From: an uncultured Candidatus Actinomarina sp.
Lineage (GTDB): Bacteria; Actinomycetota; Acidimicrobiia; Actinomarinales; Actinomarinaceae
DNA length: 64,000 bases
NCBI GenBank assembly: GCA_902578135.1
Contig: CACHBU010000001.1
Location: forward strand, 33,932-97,931
Direction: 5' to 3'
Position numbers and translations under genes: made by a program. Below are positions 20,030 to 29,486 of the stretch, piece after piece (the stretch's first letter is position 1; each line of letters opens with the position of its first letter). Below the pieces are notes generated by a model. It had not been told where the DNA came from and made no database searches. It saw nothing but the letters and a program-made list of their open reading frames with translations.

Positions 20030-21039
20030 GAGGAAAATATTTGAACAATAATGAGTCCTAAAGGTCCAGAAACAATTCCAATTCCGACTCGTTTAAATTC
20101 GTTGTCTAAAATTGTGTTTTTGTGTGACTCTGAATTCATCAAACTGTTATGACCAGATCTTACTGAGGATGAAAGGGCTAAGTTTTCACCTATGTCTATA
20201 TAAGGAAAACCTTTTTTTGATAACCTGTCTCCTACAAGTTCACCATTGATTGGATTCTTATGACACCAAAATCCTTCCTGATACATCTCATAAGCATAAT
20301 TGAGTGCTACCTCAGATAAAGTTTCACTTAATTCAAGTGGAACTAAACTTTCTTCACTTCTCTCAACTAACAACAGCTCATACAATTCGTCTTTTTGTTG
20401 TATATTGTTTGATAAGTTAGATAGAGAATATTTAGGTATCTCTATACATCCTTGTTCACTAACTACTACTGAAGGCTTTCCGGTAAGGTCTTTAATTCTA
20501 GTTACTACTTTTATAAGATCTGTTCCTGTGATAAGCTCTAACGCCTGCTGAGGAGTTCCGTTAGTATCTGTATAAAACGAGATAAGATTTGAATTTTCAA
20601 TTGATTTTTGTAAAAAGCTTGGAATAGAAATAATTGATGAAATAGTGAATAAAAGAGTAAGTATTAAATTACTCACTAGCAGTGAAAAAGACGCTCCAAG
20701 AAGCTTGTTACCAACATCTCTTTGTTTTTGATTATTTGTTATAAAATTTTGAAAGAAAGATAAAATTGTCAAAATAGAAATAAAAATCAATAATCCACCA
20801 AATATTTCTGACAGTTGAATATTGGAATTGAACCAACTGCTAATATAAGATCCAACTTGATATGAATATCTGAAACTTAAAGCAACTGAAATTAATAAGG
20901 TCATTAAGTAAAAGAACTGAAGTAGAAAACCTTTTCTCCAACCATAAATTATAAAAAATATTATGAAAATATATACAAATAGCTCAATATATTGAAAATT
21001 TCTTAGGCTTAAAAGTAAGGTTTCAATTGCGTTATTCAT
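20026..21039 (-). CDS. CvpA family membrane protein fused to a CAP (SCP/YkwD-like) domain
   Basis: N-terminal TM region with GWRKGF...(D)VGNKLLGA is CvpA-like. C-terminus has GENLA...MNSESHKNTILD..FKRVGIG, a CAP domain signature. Confidence 0.8.
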   Translation of the reverse strand: MNNAIETLLLSLRNFQYIELFVYIFIIFFIIYGWRKGFLLQFFYLMTLLISVALSFRYSYQVGSYISSWFNSNIQLSEIFGGLLIFISILTILSFFQNFITNNQKQRDVGNKLLGASFSLLVSNLILTLLFTISSIISIPSFLQKSIENSNLISFYTDTNGTPQQALELITGTDLIKVVTRIKDLTGKPSVVVSEQGCIEIPKYSLSNLSNNIQQKDELYELLLVERSEESLVPLELSETLSEVALNYAYEMYQEGFWCHKNPINGELVGDRLSKKGFPYIDIGENLALSSSVRSGHNSLMNSESHKNTILDNEFKRVGIGIVSGPLGLIIVQIFSS

Positions 21040-21156
21040 ATTATGATTAAATTATTTAACTCTGCTATTGAATAGTACTAAATTTCCGCTATTGTTTAAT
21101 AATTCCTACAAATTATGTAGGTTTTTTTAATTTCAGTGACTGAAAGGAAATTATAT

Positions 21157-22452
21157 ATGAAGAATCGTAAAGCTTTAGCTTTGATTGCGATTTTAGCACT
21201 TGTTGCTGCAGCTTGTGGCGGTAGTGATGGTGGAAGCGATGAAGCGGTAGTAGAAGTTGAAACAACTGAAGCTCCTGCAACTACTGAAGCCCCTACAACA
21301 ACAGCTGCACCTGCGTCTGCTGGTGACCCATTGGTTTTGGCATCTTTAATGCCGTTATCAGGTGACCTCGCATCGTTAGGACCTGGTATTGCACTTGGAG
21401 CTCAAGTAGCCGTAGATCAAGTTAATGCATTAGGCGGTGTTAATGGACAGGATATTGTTTTCATTGAAGGAGACAGTGGTTGTAATGCAGATGTAGCCCT
21501 TACAGGTTTACAAGATGTAATTGCACAAGGTGCACAAGGAGTTATGGGTGCTGCATGCAGTAGTGCTACATTAGCCCTTCTCGCAAGTGTTATTGAAGCA
21601 AATGTTGCTTTAGTATCACCTTCAAGTACAAGTCCTCAATTGACAACTGTTGAAAAAGGTGGAATGTTTTCAAGAACTGCACCATCTGACGCTTTTCAAG
21701 GCGTTGTATTAGCTGCAGAATTAGTAAAAGATGGTATTGAAACAATATCAATCATTTCTAGAGCTGATTCATACGGTAGAGGATTAGCAAATGCTACACT
21801 TGAAGCTTTTGAAGCTCAAGGTGGAAAAGTTGCAAATGTTGTATATCATGCTGCAGATGCAACAGAATTTTCAGCAGAAGTTACAGCTGTAGGTAATGGA
21901 AATCCGGATGCCATTGTTGCAATCTTATTTCCAGATACAACTGGTTGTCCAATTGTCCAGGGAGCTTTTGAACAAGGCTTAACAGATATTCCATGGTATT
22001 TTACTGATGGAGTTAAAGACTCAGCAACACTTATCGAGTGTTCACAGGGTGCTCTTGAAGGATTCAAGGGTGTAGCACCTGGAGCATCAGAGAGTGCTGC
22101 ATTAGAAAGCTTTAAAGCTCTTTACTCTGCCGCTACAAATGGCGAAAATGAAACATTTATTTTTGCTCCACAAGCATATGACGCAGCAATGTTAATGATT
22201 TTGTCTGCTATTGCTAATGGAACAGATGGTAAATCTATTGCAGGTGGAATGATTGCTGCATCTGGAGGTGGAACACCTTGTATTGGTGCGGAATGTATTG
22301 AACTTGCTTTGGCAGGTGAAGACTTTGATTATGTCGGTGCATCAGGTCCAATTGACCTAGATGCAAATGGTGATCCTACAGCAGGAACATACGATATTTA
22401 TCAAATACAAGGAGACGAATATGTTGTCCTTGAAACAATAGATTATCCCTAA
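21157..22452 (+). CDS. Branched-chain amino acid ABC transporter substrate-binding lipoprotein
   Basis: Lipobox VAAAC, Thr/Ala/Pro linker, and LMPLSGDLA..G, GAACSS and FSRTAPSDAFQG motifs of the type I periplasmic binding (Liv) family. Start at 21157 behind GAAAGGA. Confidence 0.9.
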   Translation: MKNRKALALIAILALVAAACGGSDGGSDEAVVEVETTEAPATTEAPTTTAAPASAGDPLVLASLMPLSGDLASLGPGIALGAQVAVDQVNALGGVNGQDIVFIEGDSGCNADVALTGLQDVIAQGAQGVMGAACSSATLALLASVIEANVALVSPSSTSPQLTTVEKGGMFSRTAPSDAFQGVVLAAELVKDGIETISIISRADSYGRGLANATLEAFEAQGGKVANVVYHAADATEFSAEVTAVGNGNPDAIVAILFPDTTGCPIVQGAFEQGLTDIPWYFTDGVKDSATLIECSQGALEGFKGVAPGASESAALESFKALYSAATNGENETFIFAPQAYDAAMLMILSAIANGTDGKSIAGGMIAASGGGTPCIGAECIELALAGEDFDYVGASGPIDLDANGDPTAGTYDIYQIQGDEYVVLETIDYP

Positions 22453-22471
22453 AAAGATAAATCTTTAAATT

Positions 22472-22502
22472 AAAGCCCCTTAAGTTTTGCTTAAGGGGCT
22501 TT
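22472..22502. terminator. Bidirectional intrinsic terminator between convergent SBP and livF
   Basis: Perfect 13-bp stem AAAGCCCCTTAAG / CTTAAGGGGCTTT with a 5-nt loop, flanked by A/T tracts. Confidence 0.88.
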
Positions 22503-23209
22503 TACATTTTTCCTAGATACAACTCGATAACTTTTTCGTCGTTTAAAAGATTTTCTCCCAAACCACTATAAGCATTTCTTCCCTGATCAAGAACGTAACC
22601 TCTATTACTTATCTTTAGTGATCTTCTTGCATTTTGTTCAACAATTAAAATAGAAACTCCCGTTTTATTGATTTTTATAATTGACTCAAATACTTCATCA
22701 ACGGCATTTGGAGATAAGCCTGCAGAAGGCTCATCCAATAACAATATATCTGGTTTAGATATCAAAGCTCTACCCAAAGCTAACATTTGCCTTTGTCCTC
22801 CAGATAAATTTCCCGCTTTTTCATTACTTCTTTCTTTTAAGAGTGGAAATAATTCATAAACGTCAGCAAAATTTTTATTATTATTTTTTCTATTCCCCAT
22901 CTCAAGATTTTCTAACAATGTCAATGATGGAAAAACATTGTTTACTTGAGGTACGTACCCAACACCTTCATGAATAATTTTATATGTTGGAGTGTTTGTT
23001 TTTTCAACACCATTAAGATAAAACCTTCCACCATTTATTTTTATTATTCCAACAATAGCTTTTAATAGTGTTGATTTGCCTGCACCATTTGGGCCAATTA
23101 TTGAAACGATTTCACCAGAACCAAGTGTTAGGTCAATACCATTTAATATATTCAATCCTTTTACATATCCAGCAGCAATGCCAATGCATTCAAGAACGGG
23201 TTTATTCAT
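22502..23209 (-). CDS. livF: Branched-chain amino acid ABC transporter ATP-binding protein
   Basis: GPNGAGKS, LSGGQRQMLALGRAL, LLDEPSAGL and VEQNA motifs. Confidence 0.92.
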   Translation of the reverse strand: MNKPVLECIGIAAGYVKGLNILNGIDLTLGSGEIVSIIGPNGAGKSTLLKAIVGIIKINGGRFYLNGVEKTNTPTYKIIHEGVGYVPQVNNVFPSLTLLENLEMGNRKNNNKNFADVYELFPLLKERSNEKAGNLSGGQRQMLALGRALISKPDILLLDEPSAGLSPNAVDEVFESIIKINKTGVSILIVEQNARRSLKISNRGYVLDQGRNAYSGLGENLLNDEKVIELYLGKM

Positions 23210-23972
23210 AAGATTTACCTAAATACGCTGAAACAACTTTTTCGTTGGCTCTTATCTCATCAGAACTTCCCTCAGCAATCACTGAACCTTCTGCTAAGAC
23301 AACTATATGATCTGAAACTTTCATTACAGCGCTTATATTATGTTCTACCATCAAAACTGACACCCCCTCATTCACAAAAGTGTTGATCAGACTTAGAATA
23401 TCTTCAGAAAGTTTAGGATTTACCCCCGCTAAGGGTTCATCCAATAGCAAAATTTTAGGTTTTTGAACAATTACACGTGCAAGTTCAAGTAACTTTTTTT
23501 GTCCTCCTGAAAGCTCTCTAGCATAAGAATCTTTCATATGATAAAGGTTTACCATATTTAGTACTTCGTTCTTTTTTTCTTCCAATTCTTGTTCTATTTT
23601 CGACTTTTTAGAGGAAATAAATAATGAATTAATAAATCTATCATTTTTCAATGAAGACGCAGAAAATAAAATATTTTCACTTACAGTCATTCTGTCAAAA
23701 ACTTTTGTTAATTGAAATGTTCTTACCATTCCAAGCCTTGATATTTTATAAGACTCGAGATTAGATATATTTTTACCTTCAAACTTTATAATCCCACTAT
23801 CTTGTTTTGTAAATCCTGTAATTAAATCAAAAAATGTTGTTTTACCGGCACCGTTTGGACCTATTAAGCTAATAATTTTATTTCTTTCAAATTTTAAGTC
23901 TTTGATGTCTACAGCTTTTAACCCTCCAAAGGTTTTTGTTAAATTTTTTATTTCAATAATCTTATTTGACAT
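23202..23972 (-). CDS. livG: Branched-chain amino acid ABC transporter ATP-binding protein
   Basis: FGGLKAV, GPNGAGKTT, RTFQ, LSGGQKK and V..AYLG motifs. Confidence 0.92.
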   Translation of the reverse strand: MSNKIIEIKNLTKTFGGLKAVDIKDLKFERNKIISLIGPNGAGKTTFFDLITGFTKQDSGIIKFEGKNISNLESYKISRLGMVRTFQLTKVFDRMTVSENILFSASSLKNDRFINSLFISSKKSKIEQELEEKKNEVLNMVNLYHMKDSYARELSGGQKKLLELARVIVQKPKILLLDEPLAGVNPKLSEDILSLINTFVNEGVSVLMVEHNISAVMKVSDHIVVLAEGSVIAEGSSDEIRANEKVVSAYLGKSYE

Positions 23973-25017
23973 CTAAAAGCAATTCTTCTTTCTTGCCCAT
24001 TATTCCACTTGGTCTTAAAATCATTAGAGCAATGATTAGAACTCCAACCAACATAAATCGAACTCCTGCAATCTGCTGTCCATCAGCATTTTCAAAAATT
24101 AACGAAGCAATTTGGTCTGTTTCTGATATAAATGCCCAAAAAAGAACAGAGCCAAAAATTGGACCTGAAATACTTCCAACTCCACCAAGAATCATAATTG
24201 CCCATATATAAAATGTTAATAAAGGAACAAACATTTCGACCTGCAATGTTCCATAATTAAATGCTAATAAGATACCAGATAGCCCAGCTATTGAAGCGCC
24301 TAACATAAAGCTTTGTAATTTTAACCAAGTAGCATTTTTTCCCAACGCCCTCACGGCGTCTTCATCTTCTCTAACAGCCCTCAAAGCTCTTCCCCATGGT
24401 GAGTTTTCTAGCCTTTTTAATACAAAAACTAAAAGGATTACCATAATCCATGAAAAACTTGCTACCCAAAGCTGACCAACAGAAACATCAAGACTTACCG
24501 AAAGATTTTCTAGAAACTGAGGTCTCATATCTTGAAATGCTTCTGAAAAAGAAATAACTCCGTAAACTCCTCCCGTAAGACTCTCCTGGTCTCTGACTAA
24601 AAGTCTGAAAATTTCAGAAGAAGCAATTGTTACAATAGCCAAATAATCACCACGTAATCTTATTGCAGGAAGTCCAATTATTAGACCAAAAATAGCTGAA
24701 GCACTTAGTCCGATAATTATTGCTAAAAACAATGGTAATCCTTCTTCGTTTATACTTCCTTCTCTCCCTGCTGCATGTGGAATTAGTAAGATTGTTGTAT
24801 AAGCTCCAACGCCCATAAATGCTGCGTGTCCAAAGTTAATTAATCCAGTCCATCCAAAATGAATATTAAGTCCAATTGCAGAAATTGCATATATACCTGC
24901 AAATGCCATCAAATTTATAAGTATTCTTGTAGGTCCTTCATTATTTAAAAAATATATAGATCCAATTGAAAATACAATTAAAGAAAAGCCAACTAAATTT
25001 CTTTTTAAATTAGTCAT
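23962..25017 (-). CDS. livM: Branched-chain amino acid ABC transporter permease
   Basis: GLINFGHAAF, RLRGDYLAIVT and SPWGRALRAVREDE motifs. Confidence 0.93.
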   Translation of the reverse strand: MTNLKRNLVGFSLIVFSIGSIYFLNNEGPTRILINLMAFAGIYAISAIGLNIHFGWTGLINFGHAAFMGVGAYTTILLIPHAAGREGSINEEGLPLFLAIIIGLSASAIFGLIIGLPAIRLRGDYLAIVTIASSEIFRLLVRDQESLTGGVYGVISFSEAFQDMRPQFLENLSVSLDVSVGQLWVASFSWIMVILLVFVLKRLENSPWGRALRAVREDEDAVRALGKNATWLKLQSFMLGASIAGLSGILLAFNYGTLQVEMFVPLLTFYIWAIMILGGVGSISGPIFGSVLFWAFISETDQIASLIFENADGQQIAGVRFMLVGVLIIALMILRPSGIMGKKEELLLDVK

Positions 25018-25931
25018 GATATTCTTTCTTTTCTACCAAATATTCCTTGGGGTCTAATCAATAAGATAAATATCATTAACGCAAGTGCAATTGCATTTTT
25101 TGCTTCAGCATGACCTTCCATAAAAGGCAAGGCCACAGAGATCTGAACAACAATCCCAATTATGAATCCACCAACCATTGCACCAAAAGAAGTTCCTATA
25201 CCGCCAAGCACAGTTCCCGCAAAAACCAACAGTAGAATTAAAAAACCCATATTCCATCTAACATCATTAATCATCCCTTGGAAGATTCCTGCAGTTCCAG
25301 CTAACATCGACGAAAGAATCCAAGTATAAAGAATTACTCTGTCAGAATTAATTCCTGAAATATTTGCAAGTTCTGTTGAGTCCCTAACTGCTCTCATTTG
25401 TTTTCCAATACGTGTAAATGAGATAAATAATCCAAAAATCACCATTATTAAAATTCCATAAACAATTATTTTGAAATCACGTGGAGTTAGATCAAAAATA
25501 AAATACTGCTGTCTTCTTTGAAGATCTAAAGGATAATCCTGAGGTTTACTTGAAGCAAATATTAAATATAAATGTCTCAGAAATATTGAAATACCAATCG
25601 TTATAACAAGAACGGCTATATTGCCAAAATCATTTTTTCTTAAAGGCCTGAATACAAATAGCTCTAACAGAGCGCCAAAAATTCCGCAAATAATAATCGA
25701 TAAAGCAAGGGAGAGCTCAAAGCTTAATCCTAACGGAGAAGTTTTCTCAAAAAAAATATATCTTGATGTCGGAAGATTGGAAAAAAAAGAAGCCATTATT
25801 GCCCCTAAAGCGATTATTTCACCATGTGCAAAATTAACTATTCTTGTTACACCATACAGTAAAGACAATGCAACAGAAGCTACAGAAATAATTATCCCTA
25901 ATAAAAGCCCATTACCTAGCTGATCTAGCAA
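25014..25931 (-). CDS. livH: Branched-chain amino acid ABC transporter permease
   Basis: IVNFAHGE, TRIGKQMRAV and VLGGIG motifs. Confidence 0.93.
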   Translation of the reverse strand: MLDQLGNGLLLGIIISVASVALSLLYGVTRIVNFAHGEIIALGAIMASFFSNLPTSRYIFFEKTSPLGLSFELSLALSIIICGIFGALLELFVFRPLRKNDFGNIAVLVITIGISIFLRHLYLIFASSKPQDYPLDLQRRQQYFIFDLTPRDFKIIVYGILIMVIFGLFISFTRIGKQMRAVRDSTELANISGINSDRVILYTWILSSMLAGTAGIFQGMINDVRWNMGFLILLLVFAGTVLGGIGTSFGAMVGGFIIGIVVQISVALPFMEGHAEAKNAIALALMIFILLIRPQGIFGRKERIS

Positions 25932-26789
25932 TTAAGAACCCTCTTTTTCATCATAAAACTTAACATCAGAACCATCCTCAACAAATATTTTTAATGTATA
26001 TACTTCATCAGCTTGATTTAAATATCCTATTGTAGCATTTATCCAACTTGGCGGCACTGTTACTTTACCAATAACAGCTATTGGTAGATTTGAATCAACA
26101 TAGATATCAAAATTTCCACTTATAACAATTTCTTTTGAATTTAATTTATCTCCAAGATTTATCTCTCCTGTACCAATTATTTCAGTCGTTATAAGATTTA
26201 AATCATTCAGATTTATATATGATCCAAATGACAATACATATAAATTCCATAATGTCTGATTTCCTAGTTGCAAGTCCCAGCCTTTTACCTGCAGCAACCT
26301 ATCAGTTTCTATTTCTCTAAATTGAATGGGTCGTGGATTTCCAATATTTGATTCTACAGCTTCTGGAAATCCAATATTTCCTGGTCTATTTTGGATGTCA
26401 ATAATATAACCTGATCCTTCAAAAGAATTTAAATTAACCGATCCATCTATGTCTATATTTAGACTGTAAACAATATCCTTTTCAAAATTGCTGCTACGAA
26501 AACTTGAATTATAAGTATTTGTAGTTAATATTTCTTGGCTAGACAAAAGCACAGCTGGGAATAGTGAATAAATAATAATTAAAAAACCATAGATATAATT
26601 ATCGAATTTAGAGTTGCTTATATATATTTTGTTAAAAATTAAAATTAAGATTGGCAGTAAAGATAATGGCCAATTATCTAAGTAGTCATAAATGATTGAA
26701 GGACGTAAGATTCCAAACAAAACTAATGAAGCCTGTATGGCTAAAACAAAGTAAAATATATTTCTGAATGTTTTGAGATAATTATTCAC
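25932..26789 (-). CDS. Hypothetical membrane protein, possibly LiaF-like
   Basis: N-terminal TM helices with a WP motif (DNWPLSLLPILILI) resembling LiaI/LiaF-type TM regions; beta-rich C-terminus. Family assignment is tentative. Confidence 0.6.
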   Translation of the reverse strand: MNNYLKTFRNIFYFVLAIQASLVLFGILRPSIIYDYLDNWPLSLLPILILIFNKIYISNSKFDNYIYGFLIIIYSLFPAVLLSSQEILTTNTYNSSFRSSNFEKDIVYSLNIDIDGSVNLNSFEGSGYIIDIQNRPGNIGFPEAVESNIGNPRPIQFREIETDRLLQVKGWDLQLGNQTLWNLYVLSFGSYINLNDLNLITTEIIGTGEINLGDKLNSKEIVISGNFDIYVDSNLPIAVIGKVTVPPSWINATIGYLNQADEVYTLKIFVEDGSDVKFYDEKEGS

Positions 26790-26790
26790 T

Positions 26791-26866
26791 TGGAGCCGGA
26801 GAGGGGAGTCGAACCCCTGACCTGCCGATTACAAGTCGGCTGCTCTGGCCACTGAGCTACTCCGGC
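26791..26866 (-). tRNA. tRNA-Thr (UGU)
   Basis: GCCGGAGTAGCTCAGTGG...GCCGA-CTTGTAA-TCGGC...GGTTCGACTCC...CCA; 76 nt, anticodon TGT, encoded CCA. Confidence 0.97.
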
Positions 26867-26876
26867 GAACATTAAA

Positions 26877-26885
26877 ATAATAGCA
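26877..26885 (-). promoter_or_regulatory. Putative extended -10 promoter of tRNA-Thr
   Basis: TG-C-TATTAT, 10 nt upstream of the tRNA 5' end. Confidence 0.55.
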
Positions 26886-26904
26886 AAGAGATAATTGAAT
26901 AAAT

Positions 26905-27630
26905 CTATTTTTTTATAAATATTTCATGCATTGCTATAGCTGTTGCAACAGATGCATTTAAAGATTCCATATTATTTGTCATTGAGATATGAACAATTAG
27001 ATCTAATTTTTTTTGAATTTCTTTGCTTAATCCGGTCTCTTCTGATCCAACAATTAATGCAATATTTTGATTTTTTAAATCTAAATCTTTTATTTGATTT
27101 GATGAATTCATATCTAAACCAATTGTCCAATAACCAAGATTTTTTATCTTTTTAATTACCGAGAATATTGAGTTATACATAACAATATTGACATATTCCA
27201 TTCCTCCTGATGATATTGCAAATGTCTTTTCAGTAATTTGTACAGATCTTTTTTTTGGCAAAAATATTGTTTGAAAATCAAATGCTGCTGCGCTTCTAGC
27301 AACCGCTCCCAGATTATTTGTGTCTTGAAAATGGTCTAGTATTAATATTTTTTCAGAAACTATATTTTCAAAATTTTTTTCATCAAATATATCTTTTTCC
27401 TCACAAATTCCAACTATATTGTGCCTCGAGTGGAATTCCCATAATTTATCATCTTTGACAATTTCAATTTCTATATTTTGTTTTTTAATACCCTCAATTA
27501 AAAAACTGAACTTATTTGATTTATTGAGCTTGGTATCTAAAACAATAACTTTTTTGACTCTATTTGAATTTAATGCTGCCTCTAATGCATTTACGCCTTC
27601 AACTATTTTTCCAACGCCATCCACTTTCAT
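26905..27630 (-). CDS. rlmB: 23S rRNA (guanosine-2'-O)-methyltransferase, TrmH/SpoU family
   Basis: DTNNLGAVARSA, VGSEETGL and ESLNASVA motifs; follows cysS. Start could be 27642, 27630 or 27624. Confidence 0.9.
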   Translation of the reverse strand: MKVDGVGKIVEGVNALEAALNSNRVKKVIVLDTKLNKSNKFSFLIEGIKKQNIEIEIVKDDKLWEFHSRHNIVGICEEKDIFDEKNFENIVSEKILILDHFQDTNNLGAVARSAAAFDFQTIFLPKKRSVQITEKTFAISSGGMEYVNIVMYNSIFSVIKKIKNLGYWTIGLDMNSSNQIKDLDLKNQNIALIVGSEETGLSKEIQKKLDLIVHISMTNNMESLNASVATAIAMHEIFIKK

Positions 27631-28993
27631 TCCCGTCTTCAATCACAATTCCAACTTCTTCTAATCGATCTCTCATGTAATCAGCGATTTCAAATTCTTT
27701 ATTCTTCCTATGATCATTTCTTTTTGTAACAAATTTATTAATTGAAACATTAATATCATTTTCAATTTCTATGTTTTGTTCAGTTAATATATCTTCTAGC
27801 AATTTGGCATCAATTGTTTGCTTGTTGTCTTCGAAAACAAATCCTAAAATCTCAAATAAATATTTGATTGTTGATTTCATGTCAGTTATTCGAGTTTGAT
27901 TTCCATTTTTATTCTTATTGATATATTCAAACATTTCACCAAGAAATTTTGGTGTGTTTAAATCATCATTCATTGATTCAATAAATATTGTTTCAAGGTT
28001 GCTATCTTTTAAATTAGCTTCAACTCCAGAAATTAAACCTTCTATGTTGTTGAAAGTTGCTTTTGATTCTTCTAAAAGAGCTTCAGAAAATTCTTGAGGT
28101 TTTCTATAGTTAGCTCTTAGAAAAAAGTACCTCAATACATTGCCGCCATAATTGTTAATATACTCTTGGAGAAATTTGGAGTTTCCTTCAGATTTAGACA
28201 TTTTTTTACCTGATAAATTTATCATTCCATTATGTACCCAGTGTTTTACAAATTTATGATTAAATGCCGAGGTGGATTGAGCTCTCTCATTTTCATGATG
28301 TGGAAAAATCAAATCATTGCCACCACAATGAATATCGATTTCTCCTTGAAAAATGTCATGAATCATTGCTGAGCATTCAATATGCCAGCCTGGTCGACCC
28401 TTGCCCCATGGGGATTCCCAGCTCGGCTCATCATCTTTTGAAATTTTCCATAAAGCAAAATCTTCTGGGTTTTTCTTATCTTCTGCAACATTTACTCTGG
28501 TTCCTCTTAACACTTCATCAAAACTTCTCCCTGAAAGCTCAAGATAGGAATCGTATTTGCTTACATCAAAGTAAACACCAGACTTAGTAATGTAACCATA
28601 ATTTTTTTCAATTAAATCATCAATTAATTCAACCATCTGATCAATAGTTTCAGTTGCCTTTGGTTCAAAATCTGGAGTAAGACAATTTAACGCATCATAA
28701 GAATCTTTAAACTCTTTAGTTACTCTCTCGCCTAACTCTTGATAAGTAATATTTTCTTCAATTGATTTTTCAATAATTTTGTCATCGATGTCTGTAATGT
28801 TTCTAGCAAAAATAACGCTGTTACCAGAAAATTTTATATATCGAACCATAAAATCAAATACTACTGCAGACCTACCGTGTCCTATGTGGGGAGAGGATTG
28901 AACAGTTGGGCCACAAAGATATATCTTTATGTCGGAACCAGTACTTTCTATAGTCTCCAAGGATTTAGTAAATGTGTTGTATAGCTTAAGCAT
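27599..28993 (-). CDS. cysS: Cysteine--tRNA ligase
   Basis: CGPTV...HIGH, GRPGWHIECSAM, DLIFPHHENE and KMSKS motifs. Confidence 0.98.
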   Translation of the reverse strand: MLKLYNTFTKSLETIESTGSDIKIYLCGPTVQSSPHIGHGRSAVVFDFMVRYIKFSGNSVIFARNITDIDDKIIEKSIEENITYQELGERVTKEFKDSYDALNCLTPDFEPKATETIDQMVELIDDLIEKNYGYITKSGVYFDVSKYDSYLELSGRSFDEVLRGTRVNVAEDKKNPEDFALWKISKDDEPSWESPWGKGRPGWHIECSAMIHDIFQGEIDIHCGGNDLIFPHHENERAQSTSAFNHKFVKHWVHNGMINLSGKKMSKSEGNSKFLQEYINNYGGNVLRYFFLRANYRKPQEFSEALLEESKATFNNIEGLISGVEANLKDSNLETIFIESMNDDLNTPKFLGEMFEYINKNKNGNQTRITDMKSTIKYLFEILGFVFEDNKQTIDAKLLEDILTEQNIEIENDINVSINKFVTKRNDHRKNKEFEIADYMRDRLEEVGIVIEDGNESGWRWKNS

Positions 28994-29456
28994 GTGATAA
29001 GGATATTATAGTTTGGCATGCTGAAGCCTCTTTACTTCCAATAGTCCCAATATTGTCGGTTGTTTTACCCTTTATATTAATTTTTGATGCGTCAATATTT
29101 AATAAAATACCTAAATTTTCAATCAATTTAGTTCTAATATTTGCAATATTTATTATTTGTGAAATAACAATAATATCAATGTTGTTTACGATATATTTTT
29201 TGTAATCAATAATCCTTAAAACCTCTTCAAGCATTTCAACACTAGATATTTTTTTAGGCGTCTCACTGTTAGACGGAAAGTAGTGACCTAAGTCTTTTTT
29301 AGATAGAGCTCCGAGCAGAGCATCGCACAAAGTATGTAAAAGAATATCGCCGTCCGAATGTGCTTCGAATCCAGGACCGTCTATTTTTAGACCACCTAAA
29401 TAAAGATCGTCCTCTTGAGAGTGTCTATGTATATCAAAACCTATGCCAACCAACAT
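28986..29456 (-). CDS. ispF: 2-C-methyl-D-erythritol 2,4-cyclodiphosphate synthase
   Basis: GIGFDIH and HSDGDILLHTLCDALLGA motifs. Confidence 0.95.
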   Translation of the reverse strand: MLVGIGFDIHRHSQEDDLYLGGLKIDGPGFEAHSDGDILLHTLCDALLGALSKKDLGHYFPSNSETPKKISSVEMLEEVLRIIDYKKYIVNNIDIIVISQIINIANIRTKLIENLGILLNIDASKINIKGKTTDNIGTIGSKEASACQTIISLSHA

Positions 29457-29486
29457 AATTACCTCAGATAACTTGGTTTAATTTGA

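Noticed and set aside
21240-21320. Short tandem-like repeats (ACTGAAGCTCCT / ACTGAAGCCCCT)
   Set aside because: They encode the TEAP low-complexity lipoprotein linker, not a DNA repeat element or CRISPR.
21157-22452. Higher GC in the two substrate-binding protein genes (also 35929-37047) as a sign of horizontal transfer
   Set aside because: Explained by Ala/Gly-rich composition and probable high expression; third positions remain A/T-rich and there are no mobility genes.
26791-26866. tRNA-Thr as an integration site for an island
   Set aside because: I saw no duplicated tRNA 3' end, no integrase and no compositional break; the flanks are core genes.
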